From Dimorphilus gyrociliatus (taxonomy: Eukaryota; Animalia; Annelida), in contig CAJFCJ010000002.1 of the NCBI GenBank assembly GCA_904063045.1, positions 3,591,891-3,655,890 on the forward strand: a DNA stretch of 64,000 nucleotides, read 5' to 3'. Numbering within the stretch: position 1 is the stretch's first letter; every line of letters begins with the position of its first letter. The position numbers were made by a program, and so were the translations under genes. Of the stretch, positions 37,694-48,966 are shown in pieces. A model generated the notes under the pieces. That model searched no databases, had not been told where the DNA came from, and worked only from the letters and a program-made list of their open reading frames with translations.

Positions 37694-38559
37694 TGATGAT
37701 CATAACTTCTCACATACTTAGACAAGTATTTGCATTCAGTAAGGAATAAACTGCAAAATAGTTGTATTGATCGAAAAATAAGGAAACCGTCTGTCGTGGG
37801 CGGAAACACAACATTCAGCCTGCCCGAATTTTATTCCAGTCTCAAATACCTATGTATTGCGATGTCTCTAAATGGCGCCAAAGTAGAAATTTAGAAAAAT
37901 TGACAATTTGATAATCATTCATATTTTAGAGAGTATTTTTGCCTTAGTAATTTGAAAAATAGGATATTCTATTGTTATATATTGATTTCAATCTGGAATT
38001 TTTTAATAGATTCTTTCAATTTTGCAATTAACTTCCTTTTAGCTTATGTTATGTTTATCAACATGCAATAGTTATGATAATATCAGCGCTATTTGTTAAA
38101 AATAATAATTTTATCATAAAATTTAAATGAACCCTCTTTACATACCATTAACGGCAGCCGTAACAACTCTCACTATGATCAAATAGTTTAGAAGTGTAGT
38201 GTCCAACAACAATGCCATCTACTGTACTTTCTTAGTCAATATTTCCATCTTAAAATAAACATGAATACTGCCGCGAGTATACGTTTCAATACATTCTATT
38301 GTAACAATTGAAATATATCTAGTAAATTCATATTCAAGAGTACAATACCGTAACAAATCTATATTAAAGTAAGTTTGAATTTTTGGAATATAGATTGATT
38401 TAGAAGGCAAAGCCTGTACACATATGCGTCTATTTCTAGTACAGATACAATATAATAAACATTCTACAGATATAAATAAACTGAATAATCTCAAGTCTAG
38501 CCTAAATCTATAACATTTTTTATTCAATCAATGATGTCGTTCCGAAATCCGTTTGGTTC

Positions 38560-38865
38560 TTTTTTCTCTATTTTTCTATAAACACAATCCAGAGTATTAT
38601 CTTTAAAATAGATGTCAATAAATCTATTTTGCGTTTTATCTTTTTCTTCAATTTCTGTCCTTTGTTCCAATAATAAATTGGCTCCTTTCAAGTACATATT
38701 AGTGAATTTTTTTCATCCAATGCTTTTATACTGTTCCATTTCCATTGGACGAATAAAATCGTGAACTGGATTGTCCTGTAAAGATATTACAGAGGCTAGT
38801 AGCATTATAGAGGCTATTTGCGCATAAATATTCTCAAAGTCATGATAGCATCCTCGAAACTCCAA
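38560..38865 (-). pseudogene. Decayed fragment of a second copy of the sulfotransferase gene
   Basis: 38598-38699 aligns ungapped to 28616-28717 at 81/102 nt by hand count (YLKGANLLLEQRTEIEEKDKTQNRFIDIYFKD vs CLKGTNLLLEQREELEEKDKTENRFIDVYFKD). Flanks carry frameshifts and a small local duplication; no long ORF remains. Confidence 0.85.
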
Positions 38866-40285
38866 AATTGTTAAAAGTGTCTGTTCTTTCATTCTAGATA
38901 ACCTTTTTGAACCGTAATTTTAGTTTTATACCCGAAACAAAGACTTGCTTTTAAAACTATAAAAAGAAGTAGGATATGAAAGAGATAACATAATGATAAT
39001 TTGCCTCTTAATTCGTGATTGTAGCAACGTTGTTTAATACTGCAAAGTGGTAATGTGTGAATGAGCTCGTTGTATGTTTGATATAGTATTGAAAGGAAAT
39101 GATTATATTTCCTACATAAAATTCATAGCCCCGAAATACTCGGAGATAAAACTATCAGAAATGATTTTAGATTTATCATATATGTTGATAATATCTTCTT
39201 TGTTTCTTCTTTTTCATCTCTTCTCTAAGTAATTTAAAAGATGGCGCTAGTATTCGATAAAATAATTAAGAACATCTTTCTTGTTTTATTTCAGCTAGAC
39301 AATACTATGTCTTATAAAGTAAAATTAATATGTTATACTAGAGCCACTAAAATACATTTATAAATATCATATTCAAGAATATAGTACTATACACAATCTA
39401 TATTAATACAGATTAGAATTTGTTGAATATGAATAAATGGTGTGATTAAATTTTCTACGTTTGAAGATATTCTTATAAATAGAGAAAAAACGTTATGAAC
39501 TTCTTAGATATAAAATAAACGAATAATCTTATATCTTGTCTAAATCTATAATATTTTGTATTTTATCAGTGCCGTCATCTCTAGATTTAACAAGTCGTAT
39601 AAATGTATTTGCGATATATAGTTCGTACGAAAGTCAACAACAAGAAAAACCTTCGTACAAACTCTGTCAAGTGTAACCATACTATGTGTTTTCTTCTTCC
39701 TATAATTTAACTGTTTAGTTATGCATATTTAAGGAAATATTGCTTATCAATCAATTACTATGACGTCTATTTTAAATAACCCTTGGGTATTCTTCGAATT
39801 AGACATGGTTTGTTATCTGTCAAAATTTATCAAATATCCCTAATTCGACCTATTTATATGCAAATTCTAAAGGTTAATGAGCAGAAAAAATGATTCTTAG
39901 TGATTTCTTTACTAAAATGATATTTAAATCTCTCTTTTTTCTTCTTGTTGACAAAAGTATGAAAATTTACAGTGAAAATGACTAAAAAAAGACAGTTTTA
40001 TTATAACAATGAATAACGCATAGCGGTATTCTATGAGAAATACGAAAAGAATCTGATATTAATTTACATAAAAGAATTTTTTGGAATTTGTAAACATGTC
40101 AATTTCAATTATTCACAAAACTAGAAAATAATAGAAAAGTTATGAATATAAATATTTTCAATATAAAAATATGAATACTTCTTATTATTTCGACTTTTTA
40201 AATTATTATATTTGTACTTTTCTTTTGTTTTCAAACTTAAAAATTGTATGATTTGTAATAAACAGAGAAGTTTTGAAAACGCAAC

Positions 40286-40288
<3 letters not shown>

Positions 40289-40323
<35 letters not shown>
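40289..40323. repeat. (TA)n microsatellite
   Basis: Read directly from the sequence. Confidence 0.95.
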
Positions 40324-40331
<8 letters not shown>

Positions 40332-40602
40332 TATGTTACTGCACTCTTTTAAAGCAGTTTTCAAAACCGAAATGTAAACCATTTGCCATTATCCTTTGGC
40401 TAAGTCATGTAAGCACAGAAGAAAGATTTTACGGTATAAAAAATATTTCATTGAATGTATATAGTATGTATAGTTAATACACAATGAATAAATACAATTT
40501 ATAAATTCAATAATAGACTGATATAAACAAAAATCATTAATATAGTCTAACAATTTTATACATCGAAGCTTAACCGAAAAAAAAAGACTCTTCTATTCCT
40601 GT

Positions 40603-43005
40603 TTAATAATTAAATTGTTCATTCTTTAAGCCCTTGTCTTCATTTTGAATTATTTGATTTTGAAAATAATTAACATTGTTAGTTTGATCTTGCAATTCTA
40701 ACGTTCCATCACTATTCGCTATCTCTTCTTCCTCTGTTGTTTTGGCAATTAATACGTATGCAAGCACCCTCATAATACCACCAATAATGGCAGCAACAGC
40801 CAAACAAATGACAATTATAACACCTGAAAAATATTTATTAAATAGTAAACGGTATTTTTTTAAATATTTTCTTTCGATATATTACCTATATCTAGCTCAA
40901 GATTGGCACTTTCCTTGATATTCGATGCCTTAAGAATAGACTGAGATGTACTTTTAGTTGAGATTGTTGGGTTAACGGTTGTATTAATGGGTATTGACGT
41001 TTCAAAGGTATCTCGTACAGTTGGTTTATCACTTTTTGAAGGAACTTTCTCAGTTGATAAGCCAGTTTTTTTTGTAGATTTTTCTATAACTTTACCGGTG
41101 GTAGACTCTGGCTTAGGCTTATCAGTAGGTGTCTTGGTAGTCTTAGGCTTATCAGTAGGTTTTTTGGTAGACTTAAATGTTGTAGTTAGCTTAGTTGTAG
41201 GCTTTGTCGTGATTGTCTTTATTTCTGTTAAGATACAGAAAACACTAAATATACCTCAATAAGAGCGGAAAAAATTACCTGACATGCACAAGACACCATT
41301 GTCTTTGCTCATATCGTTGCAATCAATATCTACCCACCCAAATTCTCCTCCTTGATTTTCTATATCAATATTTAGAGCAAAACAATTTTCCTTTGTGCTA
41401 AATGCAGTACTCTTAAGAAACCTCGAAAAAATCATTGATGTATTTGTAGTCGTCCATGTATATTGTCTATTCGAAGCGCCAATCCAGAAATACTCATTTT
41501 TATAAGACGTTTCATGAATTTCTGAAATACGGGTAAATAATTCTTTACTATCAATAACAGCTAAATCTCCTCCAAGTGAATAGCATCTGTAATCATAGAT
41601 ATTATCTTTACTTGTTGATAATTAAAAATTGGATTACTTACGAATCTCTAGCTTGAAACCAATTATCAAATAACTGTCTATTGAAATTAATACATTTGTT
41701 CACAGAGTCTATCCAAGTATATTTCTTTGATTCACAACCAGCTTTGTCAACCTCTGTTTTATAATGTAATTTAACATTTATGATTATAAACCATTAAAAC
41801 TAATACATACTAGTGAGTTCACATAAGGCACTTCTATCTGGTTTAAAGCATTCTTGATCGTCATATCTTGAACTGCTTTTTAATAAAATACAGTTATGGC
41901 TGTCTCGGTCTTCCTTATCTCTAGCCCATGAAGGTTGGTTGTAATCAAATATCGAGAAGATACCTTATTGAAAGATATTGAAAATTGTAACAAAAATTCT
42001 GAATAATAAATCATTCTCACCATCTGTTCTATAAATTGCAGATACTGAACGATCATTGTTTGAACCACAAAAGTAGTCACGATAATTAGATTTTCCTTCT
42101 AGCTGAGTGCAACGTTTTGAACATCTACTTGGAGAGCTTCTATCAAGTATATTATCACAATAGCAGTCAGTAAAGTGCTAAAAAGACAAAATACGTTTAC
42201 TTTTCATTATTATTTTTAACATTTATTTATAAATAAGCAACAAACCTGCGGCTTATAACCATTCTCTTTAACGCTAGCATAGCTATAGCCTTTGCTCTTA
42301 CAATCTTGAATACATTTTTCAGGTGTCATTTCACGATTACTGTCAATAAATGTTTTAAAATTTGAAATATAGCATCCCTGTTGTAATAAAGGCCGTCCAT
42401 CTAATTTTATCAAAATTAATATATGTTAATCAGTTATCTTTTAATGAAATTATTAAAAAACAAACCTATATATTGAAAATCTCCGCCTGCACTCTCTTTT
42501 CCAGCAAGAATGAAATTAGGACGATAGTCAACAGGATTTTTCAACTTGTACTCTCTTCGAATACTAGAAATATATATAAGATAGTTTTTGTTACAAAATT
42601 TTCAAATTTTCACTTACTGAGCTGATACAGCCAGACTTTCACCAAAATTCGTGATCTCAGCTAACTTAAATCCACGAGAGGAACACAAGTCTTTTGCAAT
42701 CAAGAAATTTAATGGCGGAAGTCGATTATCATCCGCTTGAGGAAGAAACACAAAACACTTATTGCTTTGGTCAATTCCAATGCCTTTTATTTTTCCCTCA
42801 TCTTCGCAGTCAACAATATTTTGTCCTGAATATTTGAAACAATTATTAATACTTTAATAGTTGAAAAATGTTGAATGAACTTGTGTAAAAATCGAGCCAA
42901 GCTCTTATAAGATATTATATTCTTACCTGAACACACCCTAATCGATAAAATATTTAAATATATAAATATGAAGTATAGTTTCAATTGAAGATTACTCGAT
43001 ACCAT
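40603..43005 (-). CDS. C-type lectin/WSC domain receptor, paralog B: signal - CTL1(N) - WSC - CTL1(C) - CTL2 - T/K/P-rich stalk - TM - acidic cytoplasmic tail
   Basis: Same exon layout and phases as paralog A (79-nt first exon ending VCS-G). WSC exons lie within 42400-42021 (QGCY...MTPEKCIQDCKSKGYSYA...CYCD...FCG). TM VIIVICLAVAAIIGGIMRVLAYVLIA is in the last exon, 40823-40603. Confidence 0.85.
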
Positions 43006-44930
43006 TGCTTGTTTGTCTATAATTTACTTTAATTTATCCGAAGGAGTAAGCTTGTACGAATATACTGATATGAACTAGGCGATTAAACGACTTAGAAATG
43101 ACTATAAAAGATATTCCACGCCTGACTCATAAAGACCTGCCCACGCTGATTGTGTTCTGAACGGAAAGACCGACCCTTGTACCACGTGATCATATCACAA
43201 TTTCAATGCACCTGTTTTGCACTATAGAACAAGTAGAACTCTTAAGATTTGTACAATACTTTTCCATTCATTTCTCCTTTTTCCTTTTTGCTATCATTCA
43301 GAAAGTTTATATAGAACTTTTTCCTTTTCGAAGGGAAAAGGAAAAATATAACAATGTTACGCAATAATTAATATTCTCTTCGAAAAGGGTGTGAGTAAAG
43401 TAAATATTATGTGTTTTTCTATTTCTATTCGAACAATATCCTTCTAAGTATTTAAAAAACTAAATTTCCCAGGAAACATGTTAAAAACTCTGTTATATTA
43501 AGACTTTATACAAGAGAGGCGAAATGCTTATCCTTCCATATAGCTAATCTTATAATCCTTTTAAAAACTATTCATTCCTAAAGTTTCTATAATCAGAGAT
43601 AATAATAGTATATAATATTAATTAATGAAATGCAGAACTAGGGGTATGAATATCTATTTACGATTATCCTTATTTTTTTAATGATAAAAGATCACAATTG
43701 TTTTTCCTTCTCTCCTTCTTTTTAATAATTAGTCTATTCTATCCCTCATAACCTTTCTCTCGTTATCATTTTTTAACATTCTGACTGGATTATTTCTAAT
43801 ATTAATCGAGAAAATATATCTAACACATAAGTGAAAAGTTATATGATGGTAAGAAAGTGAGGAAAGTACTTTATGAAATACTCAACACCTTGTTATCTCT
43901 TCCCTCTTTCGCTGAAAAAATCACTAGAGACTTTAGGAATTTTCTCAGCTATGATAAGACTTTTTTATGCGAGAAAAAACAAGAAAAGGCTTCTTTCGAG
44001 AGTGAAATCTCTTAGGAATATTCTACATAATATCTGGAAATTTCTTATCCCAATGGCATATAATTTATCCTCTGGCAAAATTTATCTTAGATTCTTAAAC
44101 ATTAACATGATAATTAATTATTAAGAATAGATTGAAACTGACCAATCAGAATCAATCTAAATGTGAAACTCTAAGTTAGGCATTCAAATGAGTGAATTTA
44201 GAAGGTTGAAATGGAGTAAATAAGTAAAAGATAATAAAAGGAATCAGCTGAGAAACTTCAGCCTGATTAATTAAAGTGAAGCTAAGGTAAGATTTTACCT
44301 AATTAACTTATATTTAAAATGCGCGTATTATTAGAATACATCTCTCTCTTAACCTTATCTTAATAAGTTATTATGCAGTATATATAATAACACTTATGCT
44401 TAAAACGATTATTAATTTAATTAGTGAGACATTAAATTCGTAGGGATATTAGACTTTTACTTTTTAAAAAAGAAATGTACGCAACACTATATATACACTG
44501 TCTATATATCATTAACTCAGTTATTTAGTTAATAAGATAGTCCTATATCGATAGGTATGAATTTGTTTATATAGGTCAAACAACCATGCTAAGCATGCTA
44601 GAAACATATAAGCTGCTGATAAGCGTTAAAGAGCCCGAAGCGAGAACAGCTGTAAAATTAATTCCAGATTTTCGAGTGGCTAATCAACAGTTTTCTGCTG
44701 CGGTTTTTTATTGTTTCCAACCGCAAACATCAAAAGATATTGTTTTGAAAACAAATAAAATATATAAATTCCAAAAAACTGGAAACTATATTTAAGCGTT
44801 GTACGTAGTTACATCTCAGTAAAAGATTACCAAACTAAAAGACAGTTTTTCCTCCTCTAAATCAGCCCTTTATTTCCTATACCAAGGTGCAAATTGACTC
44901 ACACTACAAGATTCTTCTGCCAACATAACA

Positions 44931-46229
44931 ATGATTCTTCTCCTGTTCCTACTTTTATTTTGTTCCGGAGTGAAATCATTTTCGAAAATTACTCAATGTG
45001 ATTCCTCACCTCTGTGTCGTTGCGTAGTTAATGAGAAGGGTCTCATTCAAAGAGCAATTTGCGGAAGTATTAATGGATATTTGCCTCGTCTCCCAAAAAC
45101 ACCATACGTTCTTCCTTTAGTTTCTTTTGCATATGCTGACTTGAGTCATCTTCCAGCCTATGCCTTTGACGGTGACAAAGTACAATCGTTGGATTTGCAA
45201 GGTAACTCATTTGAAATTGGTTTGAATATTCTAGCATTTCAAACAAAAACAACAAATTTTCTACAAACACTTAATTTGGAATGGTGTAAAATACGGCAAC
45301 TTCGACATCAAATATTTAAGGGATTATACAATTTGAAAAATTTATCCTTAAGTGATAATTCATTGAATATATTACCAGGTGGATTATTTAAGGATTTGAG
45401 GAATTTGGAAAGCTTAAAGCTATCTGGAAATCCTATATGGATAATCCGTCCTAATTTATTTCTTCCCTTAGAGTCTTTAATACATTTAGATATTGGATAC
45501 TGTGCAATAAAATCAATAGAAAAGGATTGGTTTAAAACCATGAAATACTTAAAGCATCTGGATCTAAGAGGAAATCGCATTAAAAACATACAGCCTTTTA
45601 TTTTTGATCAATTGTCACAATTGGAAAAATTATACTTGGGTCATAATTCATTTTTTCGACTTCAGAAAAGGGCTTTATCTAATCTTAGGAATCTTACTGT
45701 TTTGTCAGTTCACGAAGGCTCCTTAGCACTTTTAGACGTTGGAGCAATGGATGACTTAATTAATCTAAAATTTCTCGACTTATCAGATAATAACATTGAG
45801 CACATTCAGGCAGGAGCTGCGGATGTTCCATCAATTGAAAGACTAAACTTAGACGGTAATTATTTACGAACATTACCATTGGATATTAATAAGATGAAAA
45901 ATTTGAAATACTTGGACGTCTCTTATAACCGTTTGGAGACATTTTCATTCTGTTTATTTAAAAGAATAAAAGAACTAAAGTTTTTAAACCTTAGAGAAAA
46001 TCCATGGAATTGCAGGTGCAAATTTTTGTATGTTGTTGACAATTTACGAACAAAAGTCAATTCTCTATGGCCTAAAGAGGAAAGACACCCTGGCAAATGG
46101 AGTTTTATACCCGGAAGATGTGAGAAACCACCTAAAGCTAAGGGAAAATTCTTAATTGATTACCTACACGAACCGAACGTTAATTGCACTTTAGAAAACA
46201 TGGTCTCCCGTTGTTTCTTCCAGGTTTAG
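44931..46229 (+). CDS. Secreted leucine-rich repeat protein (signal peptide, LRRNT, ~12 typical LRRs, LRRCT)
   Basis: CDSSPLCRC cap, repeated LxxLxLxxNxL units and NPWNCRC...C...C C-cap. No TM in the ORF. A possible donor at the end (ccag|gtttag) means a further exon cannot be excluded. Confidence 0.85.
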   Translation: MILLLFLLLFCSGVKSFSKITQCDSSPLCRCVVNEKGLIQRAICGSINGYLPRLPKTPYVLPLVSFAYADLSHLPAYAFDGDKVQSLDLQGNSFEIGLNILAFQTKTTNFLQTLNLEWCKIRQLRHQIFKGLYNLKNLSLSDNSLNILPGGLFKDLRNLESLKLSGNPIWIIRPNLFLPLESLIHLDIGYCAIKSIEKDWFKTMKYLKHLDLRGNRIKNIQPFIFDQLSQLEKLYLGHNSFFRLQKRALSNLRNLTVLSVHEGSLALLDVGAMDDLINLKFLDLSDNNIEHIQAGAADVPSIERLNLDGNYLRTLPLDINKMKNLKYLDVSYNRLETFSFCLFKRIKELKFLNLRENPWNCRCKFLYVVDNLRTKVNSLWPKEERHPGKWSFIPGRCEKPPKAKGKFLIDYLHEPNVNCTLENMVSRCFFQV

Positions 46230-46819
46230 TATCTAATTAAAATATCCAAATTTTTCTTTGCTAGTCCTCCTAAGAGAGAAAAGAAGGAGCCTTTCTTCTA
46301 CAGCAGTACCTTATTTTGAAGGAATAACTGATTAATCTGTTAATCTATTATTAGTGCGAAATGTATAAATATATTTGACTTGTGTGAAATTTTCTCTTTG
46401 CCCTAAAAAGTTAATTTTTTATGTTGTTTGAAATAAATTCTATCTTTTCCCTTTCGTATTCAAAGTTTTTCTTTTACATTTGATTTTCTGTATAGAGAAA
46501 ATAATGCGAAATTTATCAAATGTAGAAGCAAATTATCAATGGAATTTGTTTGTTTTTCCTTAGGGATTTTAATCTCATATAGGTGATGGAAACGTTTCGA
46601 TAACTGCCAGAGTATTTCTATTAATAAAATACAATTACAAAGTTTATAGAGATATCAAAAAATCCTAAGACCATATATCATTCATTTGTGCATCATAAAT
46701 TACATTCAAGGAAAAATATTAAAAATAGAAATGCGAAATTATTTCTTCAATTGTTGAGTAAGCTTGCTATAAGGAAAAATATATACAGTCCAATAATTGA
46801 AAAGACAATAAAAATATTC

Positions 46820-48081
46820 TTATAGGGCTTGACTCATGTGCAGAGGACTAATCATTAATTCAAATATTGCATCTTTCAAGTTTGCTCCCCTCAAATTTGC
46901 CTCCTGAAGATCACATCCAGATAGATCGCAAGACTCCAAATCAGCTCCGGCTAATACTGCACCTCTTAAATCACAATTTCTTAAATCGGCTTTTTTTAAT
47001 TTAGCTACTCGCAGGTTTGCGCCAGCCAATGAACTTCCCGAAAGATTTACTCCTTTCAAATTGGCTCCTTCTAAGTTGGTTCTCTGGCCATTCGGTTCTT
47101 CTAGGTTACAACCCCGCATACATGCTCCTTCCAAATTAATACATAGCATTCGGGCCCCCATAAGTGCAGCTCCATCCAGTTGGGCACCTGATAAATTAGC
47201 TCTTTCCATATCACAAAATGCAAAATTTGCTCCTTCTAGATTTGAATTTTTCAAATTAGCGTAACGGAAATTAATTCTTTTTAAGTCTAATCTGGATAAG
47301 TCACATCCTTCAAAGTTCATGCCTTGACAGCGTAGTTCCACATTTGATTGCGTAGCAAGAAGTCTCTTACAGAAGAGTTCTCTGGTAATTTGAAATTCAG
47401 TTTTCCTTTCCTCTTGAACTTTCTTTTCTAAAATCTCAACTAAACTAACAATATTATAGAATCTTGCTTCCTCTAGAACACCTTCGATGGAAAGGCCATC
47501 ATCAAAAATTAACTGACCGTGTCTCAAGTAATTAAGAATTGGTTCAAAGTACTTTGGACTCCTATCAATGAGAAAAGCATTGCTATCGTCAGTTGTACTT
47601 TTCCACGTAAATGGCCTATCATGTTGAAACATACAGCCAAACATTGATTCCGGTTCGCGAGATGCTAATGTTGTCCTAGTAGTCATGAATTTAACTCCAC
47701 CCACATTAAGAGTTATCCAGTCATTGTCCGCTTTTGTAGTTTCTTGAAGATTTGAGAGTTTATCCTCCTTGTTGTTAATTTCAACTTCAACAATATCATT
47801 GTCTCTAATTAATTCTATCGAATCAATTAAACCTCCACTTTCAGTATATAATGAATCTACTTTCAGACTTAGCTTTTTTGTTAACACCTGAGTTAATTCT
47901 GCCAAAGTACTAGGGACAAAAAGGCAAATACCTCTTTTTTCTCCTCTTTTTCTTGCAGTAATTCGTTTTTTTGTTGGTTTTTCACCTACAAATGTAAATA
48001 GAGAAAATTATTCAGATATTTCCTAAAATATTATTTATTAATGGTCGAATATTAAATGACTTGAATCTCACCTGAAAACAT
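46820..48081 (-). CDS. KCTD9: BTB/POZ domain-containing protein KCTD9; exons 48081-48072 and 47985-46820, 391 aa
   Basis: KHA-like GGLIDSIELIRDND, BTB DWITLNVGG..F.TTR.TL...FLIDRSPKYFEPILNYLRHGQL, pentapeptide repeats, and C-terminus PLHMSQ. The first exon MFS-G is inferred from a phase-1 donor. Confidence 0.95.
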
Positions 48082-48297
48082 TCTTTATAATATATTTTTT
48101 GAATTATATTTTATATGTATATATAAATATATATATTATTAGTAATCAATGTTGTAATATTTAAGGAACCATTATCGAATTTTTCTCAAATACCAGTTTT
48201 CGCTAAAAACAATTTTAGAATGTTTTGTCGATATTACTCAAAATCTATTCCTAGATTGAGTGAAACTTTTGCGGTGTCCACTCTTTTAGCGGCAGAA
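48082..48297. promoter_or_regulatory. Likely shared bidirectional promoter for KCTD9 and NUDCD2
   Basis: Only 216 bp separate the two divergent inferred start codons. Confidence 0.55.
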
Positions 48298-48966
48298 ATG
48301 TCACATTTTGATGAAAGAAGCGGGATTGTGTCTGTAGAAACACCATGGGGGAAATGGTGGCAGACTATCAGTGAAATATATATTGAAGTCAATGTGAAAG
48401 AAGGTACTAGAGGTAAAGATGTCAATGTTGAGTTCAAACCATCAACACTACGCGTTGATGTTTGTGGAGAGACAGTAATTAAAGTAAGAAATTAACAGAC
48501 TTTAAAGCTGATTTGATAAATAAAAACGTTCTTTAAAAATTCACGACTCAATAGGGGGACTTATTTAGTATTATAAAACCAGATGACAGCATATGGACAA
48601 TTGGTAAGAGGATTTAAGTAAACGTTCAGTCAATATTTCATTAAAAATACATAATGTTTAGAGGATAAGAAGATGATTAGAATCTGTTTGTGTAAAGGAC
48701 GCGAAGTAGCTGCTAATCTATGGAAAAGTTTATTAAAGAACCAATACGAAGCGAACATTCTAGAACAAGATAATATGCAAAAAAAATTAACATTGCAACG
48801 ATATCAATTAGAAGTATATAAAATACTTTTTCTATTATTTCATTTATTCAACCCTTTAACTAATTCATTTCTCTGCACCCAGAATCCAGGTTTTGATTTT
48901 AGTTCTGCAGATATATCTGGAAATTATCAAGAAGGTGGACCTCAGTTACCAAGTTATAACGACTAA
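48298..48966 (+). CDS. NUDCD2: NudC domain-containing protein 2; exons 48298-48483, 48555-48603, 48662-48813, 48883-48966, 156 aa
   Basis: MSHFDERSG....TPWGKWWQT, EDKKMIRI, QKKLTLQRYQLE|NPGFDFSSADISGNYQEGGP match NUDCD2. Splice phases are consistent. Confidence 0.93.

Noticed and set aside
44586-44795. 69-aa ORF upstream of the LRR gene
   Set aside because: No motif; most likely 5' UTR or promoter sequence of the LRR gene.
33940-48437. Antisense ORFs at 33940-34140, 36339-36548, 40987-41262, 45070-45270, 45308-45589, 47061-47264, 48234-48437 (also 23237-23431)
   Set aside because: Each lies opposite a well-supported coding exon and has no family features.
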